Positions 8,894 through 17,539 of a DNA stretch of 64,000 nt are shown here, in pieces (within the stretch, counting starts at the first letter, position 1; the number at the start of each line of letters is the position of its first letter). The stretch spans positions 1,792,001-1,856,000 of the forward strand of contig OZ245742.1 of assembly GCA_965227295.1 (NCBI GenBank), read 5' to 3'. The notes beneath the pieces were generated by a model that was not told the origin of the DNA, did no database searches, and was given only the letters and a program-made list of their open reading frames with translations. Source of the DNA: Leptonemataceae bacterium (GTDB taxonomy: Bacteria > Spirochaetota > Leptospiria > Leptospirales > Leptonemataceae). Position numbers and translations under genes: made by a program.

Positions 8894-9416
8894 GGAGCTG
8901 AGTCAGAAACCGACGCCCGGGTAGTTCGCACACGCCCCGAATCGTGGAGTAAGTAGCGGCCAGTGTACATTAAGCCTTTTATGGGTACGGCTGGTTCCAG
9001 GGGCAAGGCCACGCTTGTCGTGGCCGCGGCAGTTGTTCCCCACCCACGGAGATTGTGCCGGGGAAATGTGGGGCGCGCACCGGAACGGCGTCTTCTTCGC
9101 AGAGATCCATTAAGCGAATCCGCACCCCGGAGCCCCGCTCTATCCGCGGGGCGGAGCGGGTGCGGATTCGCGATAGCTGAGTCACAAACCGACGTCCGGG
9201 TCGAAGCGGACCATCTTAACAAAACGAAAATCCACAACTCCCGCAAAGCCGTAGCCGTAACAACCCCTTCACCATTCAGCGACTCACTTCATGTTTCTCA
9301 CGGCAACCGTTACGAACCGCAGCTCTTGACAGACAGGAAATGTCAGGTTTTTTCGCGCACGCCCCACTCCCTGAGTTAAGTAGCGGTCAGTGTCAATTAA
9401 GCCGTGAATGGGTACA
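8894..9416 (+). repeat. Dispersed modular intergenic repeat, locus 2 (about 1.2 units)
   Basis: CACGCCCC...TAAGTAGCGG.CAGTGT...TTAAGCC occurs at 8931 and 9358; GCTGAGTCACAAACCGACGTCCGGGTCGA...AACAAAACGAAAATCCACAACTCCCGC is shared with locus 3. Confidence 0.92.
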
Positions 9417-9498
9417 GAACTGATGCGACGGACATGCTCGTCATCGATCCCGCGAGCGGCACGGCGACGCGTTCGCCGTACATCAACAAGTTGTGATC

Positions 9499-10110
9499 TT
9501 ACTGCTTCTTCCCCGGCACCGGCCAGCCCAGACGTTCCAGGACTAACTTAATATCGTGCCACACTTCGCGTTTCGCGGAATTGCCCGAGCTTTCCTGGCG
9601 CAGCACGTAACTGGGATGGAACGTGGGCATCACCGGAATGCCGCGAAACTCGGCCCACCTGCCGCGCATACGCGTGATGCCCGTATGTGTATCGAGAAGG
9701 AACTTCGTCGACGGGCCGCCGAGGGTAATGATGACCTTCGGTTGAATGAGATCGATCTGCCGCAAAAGATACGGTGAGCACGCGTCCGTTTCGTCCGTCT
9801 CCGGCGGTCGGTCGCGCTGAAACTTGAGGTCCACGGTGGGCCGGCACTTGACGATGTTTGCGATGTAGACCTCGGTGCGCGGAACGCCCATGCCCTTTTC
9901 AATGATGTCCGTGAGCAACTGTCCGGCGCGCCCGACGAACGGTCGGCCGCTGAGATCTTCCTGTTTGCCCGGGCCTTCGCCGATGAACATGACCTCGGCT
10001 TGCGGATTGCCCTCGCCGAAGACGGTGCGCGTACGGGTGGTTGCGAGGCGACACGACTCGCAGGTACTCACCACACGTTCCAGATTACGCAGTTCTTCGG
10101 CGGCGTTCAT
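9499..10110 (-). CDS. Uracil-DNA glycosylase, family 4 (Fe-S type)
   Basis: [34 protein letters not shown]. Confidence 0.95.
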   Translation of the reverse strand: MNAAEELRNLERVVSTCESCRLATTRTRTVFGEGNPQAEVMFIGEGPGKQEDLSGRPFVGRAGQLLTDIIEKGMGVPRTEVYIANIVKCRPTVDLKFQRDRPPETDETDACSPYLLRQIDLIQPKVIITLGGPSTKFLLDTHTGITRMRGRWAEFRGIPVMPTFHPSYVLRQESSGNSAKREVWHDIKLVLERLGWPVPGKKQ

Positions 10111-10127
10111 GCTTCCGGGCGCGACGA

Positions 10128-12125
10128 TCAGGCATCGGTGAAGCCGATGAAGTCGCGATAGATCTTAACCGCTTCGCCGAGTTCGTTTACGAGATGGACC
10201 GACTGCAACAGCTTCGGTGCCACCATGCCTTTCTCCGCCGCGGATTTGAGAAAGTCGAGTATGGGCCGCCAGTAATCGGCGTCCATAAAAATATACGGCG
10301 CGTTGTGATGTACACCTAACTTGAGATTGCACAACTCTATGCCCACTTCTTCCAGGGTGCCCACTCCGCCCGGAAAAAACACGGGAAATCGCGCAATCGA
10401 GAAGTTCTTCTGGCGAATGTGTCGGCAGTACTCGTCGAAGAACATGAATATGTTCGAGTGCTGGTTCAGCTTTTGCGGCTTCTCGGCGAAGTCCGTGGAG
10501 AGCGAGCTGCTGGCCGAAAGGATGCCGGCTTCCAGGGCGGAGCGGTTGATCACTTCCATTAACTTCGGTCCGCCGCCGGTTACCACGCCGATTTCGCCGA
10601 AGAGTTCGCGCAGATCGTTAAAGAATTCCGGGAGCTGTTCTTCGAGGCCGCCGGGCACGTTCGCCGAACTGCCGTAACAGGCGAAGAACGTCGCGGCGTG
10701 AAAGCGCTGGGCCAGGTCCTCGTGCATGAAGAATCCGCAATCGTCCCGCATGAAGTAGTGCGCCGGTTCCGCGTCCTGGCGCAACCAAACGGGTTGGATG
10801 CCCAGATGATGAAAGTATTTCAGGCGCGAGACGTCGAATTCGGAGAAGAACGGATCGTTGCGCTGGGACGCTCGTCGGAACAGGATCGCGCGGATGTTGT
10901 CGCGGCAGGTTTCGATCATCGAAGAAATATCCCAGCGGGGAAAGTAGTACGAAAGCAGGAAGCCGCTGGCGCGAATGTAGTCCTTCTGGATTTCTTCGAG
11001 GATGTCGTACTCCGGGCAGTCCGCGGCTTTCATGTCTCCGCGTTCGAAGCTCCGCACGGCGGCGTCGGAGATCGTGGTGTTTTTGATTTCGTCGAGTTTT
11101 TCCAGCTCTTCGGCGTCCACGAGAAAGGCCGAGTGTTTCACGAGTTTGCCGTTGGCCAGGCTGTTGCCCGCGAGCGTTTCGTCCATGCGTTCGGCGAGTT
11201 GCATCTTCGGTGCGAGCAGTTCCGATAATCGAATGGTCGCCGGGATCTGCACCGAGCAGCGCCGCCGTTCCGGGCGATAGATGCCGATGGCCACGCCGTC
11301 GAAGACGATCTCCCGATCGCTTAAGTTAAACACTTCGATCATTTGTTTGGTGTTCTGTCCGTAGCTCAGCGGATCGAACAGCCGCGCGCTGGCGTGGCGG
11401 AGTTCAGGGACGATTTCGTTTTTGTACGTGAGGCCTTCGATGTAGGCGAAGTGTTCGCGCACGCGGAAGAGCGGAAGCTGCGAAAGGATCCAGCCGCGCG
11501 GCGGAATCTTAAGCGGCAGATCGCGGGGAATGCGCTGGCGAAAGAAGTCCAGGTCCTGGCGCGTGCCCTGGGAGAGCAGGTACCGGATTTGATCGCGGTT
11601 CGGCGGATCGTGGCGATGGTACTCGTACTCCACGTGGTCGGCCGGAATGATGATGCTGTGATCCGGTCCCTGGGCGAGTTCACTGACTTCAATTAACGGT
11701 TGGCCGGAGGAGTATACGTTTTGTAGGACCTGTTCGTAGTGCAGGCGCCGGCTGCGCGATAGTACGAACAGTTTTCCGAGGCGTGCCTTTTCGTGACGTT
11801 CCCTTTCGTGGCTGCCGACCACGAAGTCCAGCACGCGCGGGGCGACGCCGTTGTCCTTCGCGTACGAAAGTGTGAGCGTGCATTCCAGGCGATGCGTCGT
11901 ACCCAGCGGTCGTTCCAGGTTCGTCAGCTCACTGTCCAGACCGAGCTGGCAGAGCCGGCTGCGCATGATGAAGTCGGTGGGGTTTTCGTACATCTCGCTC
12001 AAGAATCGCTGCGAGATGTTTTCAAAAACGACAACGGCCTGAAGAGCGTCGCCCTTGTTCGAGACGGCCCAGACAAAACCGTCGTCCGTCATCATATTGT
12101 CGTACGGATAGATGGCGCTGCGCAT
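10128..12125 (-). CDS. Long LOG/SLOG-family protein with large N-terminal extension
   Basis: C-terminal [30 protein letters not shown]; start placed at MRSAIYP because the upstream part of the ORF overlaps vapC. Confidence 0.85.
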   Translation of the reverse strand: MRSAIYPYDNMMTDDGFVWAVSNKGDALQAVVVFENISQRFLSEMYENPTDFIMRSRLCQLGLDSELTNLERPLGTTHRLECTLTLSYAKDNGVAPRVLDFVVGSHERERHEKARLGKLFVLSRSRRLHYEQVLQNVYSSGQPLIEVSELAQGPDHSIIIPADHVEYEYHRHDPPNRDQIRYLLSQGTRQDLDFFRQRIPRDLPLKIPPRGWILSQLPLFRVREHFAYIEGLTYKNEIVPELRHASARLFDPLSYGQNTKQMIEVFNLSDREIVFDGVAIGIYRPERRRCSVQIPATIRLSELLAPKMQLAERMDETLAGNSLANGKLVKHSAFLVDAEELEKLDEIKNTTISDAAVRSFERGDMKAADCPEYDILEEIQKDYIRASGFLLSYYFPRWDISSMIETCRDNIRAILFRRASQRNDPFFSEFDVSRLKYFHHLGIQPVWLRQDAEPAHYFMRDDCGFFMHEDLAQRFHAATFFACYGSSANVPGGLEEQLPEFFNDLRELFGEIGVVTGGGPKLMEVINRSALEAGILSASSSLSTDFAEKPQKLNQHSNIFMFFDEYCRHIRQKNFSIARFPVFFPGGVGTLEEVGIELCNLKLGVHHNAPYIFMDADYWRPILDFLKSAAEKGMVAPKLLQSVHLVNELGEAVKIYRDFIGFTDA

Positions 12126-12181
12126 AGGACGGTCAGGATGATGCTTGCAGGGCCGGTTGTCGAGGACGATCGACGCGCTCG

Positions 12182-12571
12182 TTAGACTGCGCGGACGCGG
12201 TACTTCTTGAACGCGGGGTCCGCGGTAATCAGGCGCAGTTTTTCCGAGAGCGCCTGCGCCGCGAGCAAACGATCGAACGGATCGCGGTGATGATTCGGAA
12301 GTTCGCCCAGTCGCCACAGATGTTCGATGCGCACGGGAAGGTAGCCGGCCCGTAGACCCAACATGCCGCGTTCCACGGCGCTCTTCAGTCCGTTTGTAAA
12401 CTGCAGGCGCCCGAGGCCGGTCTTGATGACCAGTTCCCACAGCGAGACGTGGCTGAAGTACAGCAGGGCTTCCGGATTCTCCAGGATTTTGCGCTGTTTT
12501 GCCGAAAGCCGGTCCGGGTCCTGCAAGGCCCACAGGAAGATGTGCGTATCGAGGAGATACTGCGTCTCCAT
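12182..12571 (-). CDS. vapC: PIN-domain toxin (VapC family)
   Basis: LLDTHIFLW, SLWEL, HRDPFDRLL.AQA, LITAD. Confidence 0.93.
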   Translation of the reverse strand: METQYLLDTHIFLWALQDPDRLSAKQRKILENPEALLYFSHVSLWELVIKTGLGRLQFTNGLKSAVERGMLGLRAGYLPVRIEHLWRLGELPNHHRDPFDRLLAAQALSEKLRLITADPAFKKYRVRAV

Positions 12572-12576
12572 GGCGG

Positions 12577-12837
12577 TCAGCCCTTGCCCGAAGGTCCGAA
12601 AGCGTCCAGAATGTCGTCCGGCAGCGGGGCGTCGAAATCCGGGCTCACCTGGATTTCATCTTTTAAGAAGCCCAGGGACCGGCGTTTGTCGAAGGAGTCC
12701 GTTAAAACGGGGACCAGCCGGACCAGGGGCCGCCCGGCCTTCGCGATGACGATGTTCTCCCCGTCCAGAGCGCGCTGGATGAGCCGCGAGAGATGCGTCT
12801 TGGCATCGTGGATGTTGACGTGGGCGATAGCGACCAT
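12577..12837 (-). CDS. Phd/YefM-family antitoxin
   Basis: VNIHDAKTHLSRLI..A..GE.IVIAKAGRP.VRLVP; directly upstream of the PIN toxin. Confidence 0.93.
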   Translation of the reverse strand: MVAIAHVNIHDAKTHLSRLIQRALDGENIVIAKAGRPLVRLVPVLTDSFDKRRSLGFLKDEIQVSPDFDAPLPDDILDAFGPSGKG

Positions 12838-12842
12838 TGCTT

Positions 12843-12870
12843 AGCTTAGTTTTATGGACTAAATCATGCA
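12843..12870 (-). promoter_or_regulatory. Putative promoter and operator of the TA operon
   Basis: Minus strand TTGCAT-N16-TAAGCT ending 5 nt before ATG; overlapped by palindrome TTAGT-N6-ACTAA (12846-12861). Confidence 0.55.
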
Positions 12871-12990
12871 AGCACTTTTCCCGGCGCGCTGCTTTTTGCG
12901 TGCCGGGGGGCCGTCTTCGGGACGCGCCGGAAATTCTTGACCCGCCCGGCGCACTGCGGTTTTTGCGAAGCAGGGTTCGCCTTTACTACT

Positions 12991-14925
12991 ATGGAAAAAG
13001 AATCGCTCTATCATCTCGTCCGGGACACCGTCGCCACCTTCGCCGAGCGCCCGGTCTACTGGGTCAAACCGGACACCGAAAGCTACGCCGCCGTCAGTTT
13101 CTTCAACTGGCGCGCCGACATGAAACGCTTCCAGGCCTATCTGCTCTACCGGCTGGATGTGAAGCACGGGGAGCGCATTGCGCTGCTCTGCGACAACCGC
13201 TACGAATGGAACCTCATTTGCCTGGGGATCGATACGATCGGCGCCGTCGACGTTCCCCGCGGCTGCGACGCCACGCCCCAGGACATCACGTACATTCTCA
13301 ATCATACCGAGTGCAACATCGTGGTCGTGGAGCATCAAAAGATGCTCCTGCAGATCGCGGATCTCCTGCCGCAACTGCCGCACGTGAAGCATATCATCGT
13401 CATCGATCCGCCGGCGAAGATCAAGAAGATCGACCAGATCACGCCGAAGCTCGGTAAGGTGAAGTTGCATTACTTTATCGATTGCGTTACCATCGGCGAG
13501 GAATTGCTGGAGCAACACGGCGAGGGATTGCTGAAGAAACGCGGCGAGGCCGTCCGGCCCCACGATCTTGCGACGATCATTTACACCTCGGGCACCACCG
13601 GTTCGCCGAAGGGGGTGATGCTGGAACACCGCAGCTTTTGCTGGGAGGTTTCGCAAATCCAGCACACGGTCCCGCTTTCGGAGCGCGATCGCGTGGTCAT
13701 CTTCCTGCCGCCGTGGCACATCGCCGAGCGCATGCTCGAAGTTACGCTCATGGCCTGCGGTTCGAGCATGGCGCCTTCGAACGTCATCTCTCTCGCGAAC
13801 GATCTGGCCGCGGTGAAGCCCACGGCCCTGGTCTCGGTACCGCGGGTCTGGGAGGGTCTGCACAAACGTGTCTTCGATAACGTGCGCAAGCAGCCGGAAA
13901 AAACGCAAAAGATCTTTCGCTTCGCCCTTAACGTGGCGCTGACCTACACGGACATCGTCGACAACATCCTCGATCGTTTCGCCGCCGTGGAAGAAGAGAA
14001 GACCCTGGATCGTCTGGCCCGTAAGGGCATTTCGATCGCGTTGTTGCCGGGGTTCGCCATCCTGAACGTCGTGGCCAAAATCATTCTCGGCAAGGTTCGT
14101 AACATTCTCGGAGGGAAAGTTAAGTTCGCCATCAGCGGCGCCGGGGCGCTCCCGGAAAACGTGGCGACTTTCTTTCGTGCGGTGGGCATTCCCATCCTGG
14201 ACGGCTACGGCATGACCGAAACCACCGGCGTCGCCGTACTCGGGGATCTACCCTGGCCGAAGCGCGGTTGCGTGGGCAAACCGTTGCCGGGCGTGCAGAT
14301 CCAACTGCGCGACGACACGGGTAAGGTGATCAGTCGTCCCGGAGTCAAAGGCACGCTCTGGCACAAGGGCCCGCACGTCATGCGGGGCTATTACAAACAA
14401 CAGGATAAAACCGACGAGGTCTTACAGGACGGCTGGCTGAACTCCGGCGACGTCTTCATGTGGACCGTCGAAAACGAACTCAAGTTCGCCGGTCGCGCCA
14501 AGGACACCATCGTCCTGGCGGGCGGCGAGAACGTCGAGCCCGGCCCCATCGAGATGAAACTCCAGGAGAGCGACTTCATCAATCAGGCCGTGGTCGTGGG
14601 CCAGGACGAAAAGACCCTGGGCGCGCTCATCGTTCCGAACTGGGATTTTGCCCGGCCGCGGCTGGAAGAGGCGGGCATTGCGCCGCCGGAAGATCCTGCT
14701 GCCTGGCACGAAGACCGCAAAGTTCATAGCTTCTTTCAAAAGATAGTTAAGGAACAGGTGTCCGGCGCGACGGGCTTCAAGGCCTTCGAACGCGTCACGG
14801 GCTTTCACATCATGCACAAAGAGTTCGAGAAAGGCAAAGAGATGACCGAGACCATGAAGATCAAACGCAACGTGGTTTTCGATCTTTACGAGTCGCAGAT
14901 TAAAGGCATTTATAAAGAAAAATGA
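12991..14925 (+). CDS. Long-chain fatty acid-CoA ligase (AMP-binding)
   Basis: IIYTSGTTGSPKGV, GYGMTE, GRAKDTIVL.GGENVEP. Confidence 0.93.
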   Translation: MEKESLYHLVRDTVATFAERPVYWVKPDTESYAAVSFFNWRADMKRFQAYLLYRLDVKHGERIALLCDNRYEWNLICLGIDTIGAVDVPRGCDATPQDITYILNHTECNIVVVEHQKMLLQIADLLPQLPHVKHIIVIDPPAKIKKIDQITPKLGKVKLHYFIDCVTIGEELLEQHGEGLLKKRGEAVRPHDLATIIYTSGTTGSPKGVMLEHRSFCWEVSQIQHTVPLSERDRVVIFLPPWHIAERMLEVTLMACGSSMAPSNVISLANDLAAVKPTALVSVPRVWEGLHKRVFDNVRKQPEKTQKIFRFALNVALTYTDIVDNILDRFAAVEEEKTLDRLARKGISIALLPGFAILNVVAKIILGKVRNILGGKVKFAISGAGALPENVATFFRAVGIPILDGYGMTETTGVAVLGDLPWPKRGCVGKPLPGVQIQLRDDTGKVISRPGVKGTLWHKGPHVMRGYYKQQDKTDEVLQDGWLNSGDVFMWTVENELKFAGRAKDTIVLAGGENVEPGPIEMKLQESDFINQAVVVGQDEKTLGALIVPNWDFARPRLEEAGIAPPEDPAAWHEDRKVHSFFQKIVKEQVSGATGFKAFERVTGFHIMHKEFEKGKEMTETMKIKRNVVFDLYESQIKGIYKEK

Positions 14926-14944
14926 CGCGGTGTGAATGAATCTC

Positions 14945-15721
14945 CTAAAAACCGATGGCCATGCCCCCGTCCACGCGCAATGTCGCGCCCGTAATAAAGT
15001 TCGCGTCATCCGAAACTAAGAATCGTGCCGCGCGGGCGATTTCCCGCTGCGGGTCGGCCGCTTTCAAAACGATGCGCCCCTCCAATTCCGTGAGGACCTC
15101 ATCCGGCAGGCCGTCGACGAAGTCGTTGCGCACGAAGCCCGCCGCCAGGTGATTCACCGTGATGTTTCGGGGCGCGAGTTCCCGTGCCGCCGATTTCGTG
15201 AGCGCGCCCAGGCCGGCCTTGGAACTCGAGTAGTTGATCTGCCCCGCGTTGCCGTAGAACCCCGAGACCGAGCCGATGTTCAGAATTTTGCCGCGGCGGG
15301 CTTTCATCATGATTTTCGCCGCCGCCTGCACGCCGTAGAACGCGCCCTTCAGGTTCACGTCGATGACGCGTTCCCACGCCCCGGCCTTCATGCGAATCAA
15401 AAGGTCGTCGTCGCGGATGCCGGCGTTGTTGATCCATACGTCCAGGCTGCCCAGTTCCTCGCGGCAACGTTGAGCCAGGCTTTTGTTATCCTCGGCTTGC
15501 GTGACGTCGCAGTCCACCGCGATGTTTGTCGTTCCATAGCGTTCACTCAGTTCCCGCGCTGTTTTGCGGCTCTGCGCGTTGCGCTCCGGCAGATCACTGA
15601 CCGCAACGGCGCAACCTCGGGATGCCAGTTCTTCGGCTATGGCCCGGCCGATGCCCCGGGAAGATCCCGTAATCACCGCCGCCCGGCCGGAAAAATCGTG
15701 GAGAATATCTGACGTGCTCAT
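14945..15721 (-). CDS. FabG-like short-chain dehydrogenase/reductase
   Basis: TGSSRGIG, NNAGI, YSSSK, VDGG. Confidence 0.9.
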   Translation of the reverse strand: MSTSDILHDFSGRAAVITGSSRGIGRAIAEELASRGCAVAVSDLPERNAQSRKTARELSERYGTTNIAVDCDVTQAEDNKSLAQRCREELGSLDVWINNAGIRDDDLLIRMKAGAWERVIDVNLKGAFYGVQAAAKIMMKARRGKILNIGSVSGFYGNAGQINYSSSKAGLGALTKSAARELAPRNITVNHLAAGFVRNDFVDGLPDEVLTELEGRIVLKAADPQREIARAARFLVSDDANFITGATLRVDGGMAIGF

Positions 15722-15748
15722 ATAAAGCCCTCCGCTCCATGTGAAATA

Positions 15749-15787
15749 TATTTGGATGCCCATGTAAAGTATTGGGATATCCAAATA
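15749..15787. promoter_or_regulatory. Tandem 18-bp palindromic operators, probably for the adjacent MarR protein
   Basis: TATTTGGATGCCCATGTA (15749-15766) and TATTGGGATATCCAAATA (15770-15787), 21-bp period, upstream of the SDR gene. Confidence 0.6.
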
Positions 15788-15820
15788 AAGGCGTGCGGCG
15801 AAGTCAATCGAAAAATCCGG

Positions 15821-16270
15821 CTAAGACTTGAGGTTGCGGAGCGTGCGGTCCAGCAGTCGCGTAAGTGTCTGGCGTTCCTCCGTGGAGAAGCCGGCGAAGA
15901 AACGTTCGCGGACGCTCCGGGACGCCGCGGTGATGGTCGATACGCATTCCAGGCCGGGGGCGCCGAGTTCCACCGTGAAGGCCCGGCCGTCTTCGTCCGA
16001 GCGGCGTTTCTGTACGTAACCGAGTTTGCGGAGCCGGTCCACCAGCGTGGTGATCGTTGAGTTGTCCCGGTCCAGGAGGGCGGCCAGTTCGGACATGGAC
16101 GCTCTTCGTTGCGGGAGCGTGGATAGCACAAAGATGACACCGGCATGGGCGGGGGCAATATCATCGAGGCCGCGGCGCTCCAGCTCAGCGGCCAGCTCCC
16201 GGTGGACGTGATCCCGGGTGCGGGCCACGAGATGCAGGACGTGGTCCGGATGCGGTGAGCCGGTACTCAT
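15821..16270 (-). CDS. MarR-family transcriptional regulator
   Basis: SMSELA..L..DNSTITTLVDRL..LGYV.K.RS.EDGR. Confidence 0.92.
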   Translation of the reverse strand: MSTGSPHPDHVLHLVARTRDHVHRELAAELERRGLDDIAPAHAGVIFVLSTLPQRRASMSELAALLDRDNSTITTLVDRLRKLGYVQKRRSDEDGRAFTVELGAPGLECVSTITAASRSVRERFFAGFSTEERQTLTRLLDRTLRNLKS

Positions 16271-17436
16271 CGGGGGACGGCGGCCTCCCGCTCCCGGTAC
16301 TCGGACGGAGAGAGGCCGGTAAAACGTTTGAAGATGCTGTTAAAGGCGGACTTGGTGTTGAAGCCGGAGCGGAACGCTATCGCGAGCAGCGTAAGTTCTC
16401 TTTCGTGATCATTACGAATGAGTTCGCAGGCCTCTTCCACACGATACTCGTTAATGAACTGGTAGAAGTTCTTACCCAGGTTTCCGTTCAACACCTGGGT
16501 CAAATGGTGTCGGGCCAGTCCCAGGTGCCGGGCGAGATCGTGAATGCTGAGATCGCCGTCGAGGTACGGCTTTTCTTCGCGCATGTACTTGAGGAGCGCG
16601 TTCAGGTGTTCTTCCGCCTGCTCCGGACGCAGGCCGCTCCGTTCGTAACGCGCGGTGCTTGAGCCGTTATCCGTTGCGGGCTGCTCCGCCTCGTCCGCCG
16701 GTGAGTCGGCGCGTTCCGGCTCCGATTCTTTTGCCGTCGCCGGCGGATAGATGGCCGTTTGCCGCAACGCGAAGAAGCTGAGCAGTAGTACGAAGAACAC
16801 GAACGCCGGAACGTGGCCGGGCGGCGGTCGTTGGAATCCTTCCGGCGCGCCTTCGGGCAATGGGGGGCCGTTCGCCAGCGGTGTCGGCAGCCAGGCCAGA
16901 GCCGTTACGAAGACGTAGGTCAACACAAAAGCCGCGGCCACCCACTTGAGCCAGCGGAGCGTCAGGTTGTAGTGCATCAGCGAAAACTCGTCGACGAGTT
17001 TCAATTCGTGGCGGCCGAGCATACGGACGACGACAACGGAGTAAGCGATGAACGAGGTCAGGGTGGAGACGGGCAATGTGAAGTGCAGGACCGATTGGCT
17101 GTGCGGCGAAATCCACGCCGGGAATAGAATGATCAGCCCTGCCAGAACCGCGGCCGGCGCGAAGTGCACAAGATCGCGTACGGTCACGGCGCGGCCGTCC
17201 GGCAGATCCGGCGAGGTCAACGCGCGCGTATAAAGAAACAGGAAGGGACCGTACGTCAGCGGCGCCGCCCCGACCCAGTGCAGGAGCGGAGAAAGGCGCG
17301 GAAGCAGTCCGGGCAACTGCGGAAGGGCCAACAACAGCATCCAGGCCGCGGCGATCCGGTCCGGGGCCCGGAGCGGGTGCCGGGTGATCAAGAACACCGC
17401 CGCGAATACGGCGTGAACGAGAACGACAAGATGCAT
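16267..17436 (-). CDS. Membrane-anchored AraC-family regulator
   Basis: N-terminal TM helices; EKPYLD.DLSI..LA, NFYQFINEYRV, GFNTKSAFN..FK; start assumed at MHLVV. Confidence 0.88.
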   Translation of the reverse strand: MHLVVLVHAVFAAVFLITRHPLRAPDRIAAAWMLLLALPQLPGLLPRLSPLLHWVGAAPLTYGPFLFLYTRALTSPDLPDGRAVTVRDLVHFAPAAVLAGLIILFPAWISPHSQSVLHFTLPVSTLTSFIAYSVVVVRMLGRHELKLVDEFSLMHYNLTLRWLKWVAAAFVLTYVFVTALAWLPTPLANGPPLPEGAPEGFQRPPPGHVPAFVFFVLLLSFFALRQTAIYPPATAKESEPERADSPADEAEQPATDNGSSTARYERSGLRPEQAEEHLNALLKYMREEKPYLDGDLSIHDLARHLGLARHHLTQVLNGNLGKNFYQFINEYRVEEACELIRNDHERELTLLAIAFRSGFNTKSAFNSIFKRFTGLSPSEYREREAAVPR

Positions 17437-17539
17437 GGGGTCCTCATTCGATCGTCGCCCGGGGGGCGGCTCCGTCAAGTACTCCGGCGGCGCGTTCGCG
17501 GTTTTCACAAAAATGCTTCAATTTTAGAGGCCGGGGCTG

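Noticed and set aside
9417-9496. Short frame ending MLVIDPASGTATRSPYINKL* right after repeat locus 2
   Set aside because: It could be a truncated gene tail, but it is too short to assign.
12126-12533. N-terminal 136 aa of the 801-aa ORF
   Set aside because: It overlaps vapC in another frame and has shadow-like composition. The real start is probably 12125.
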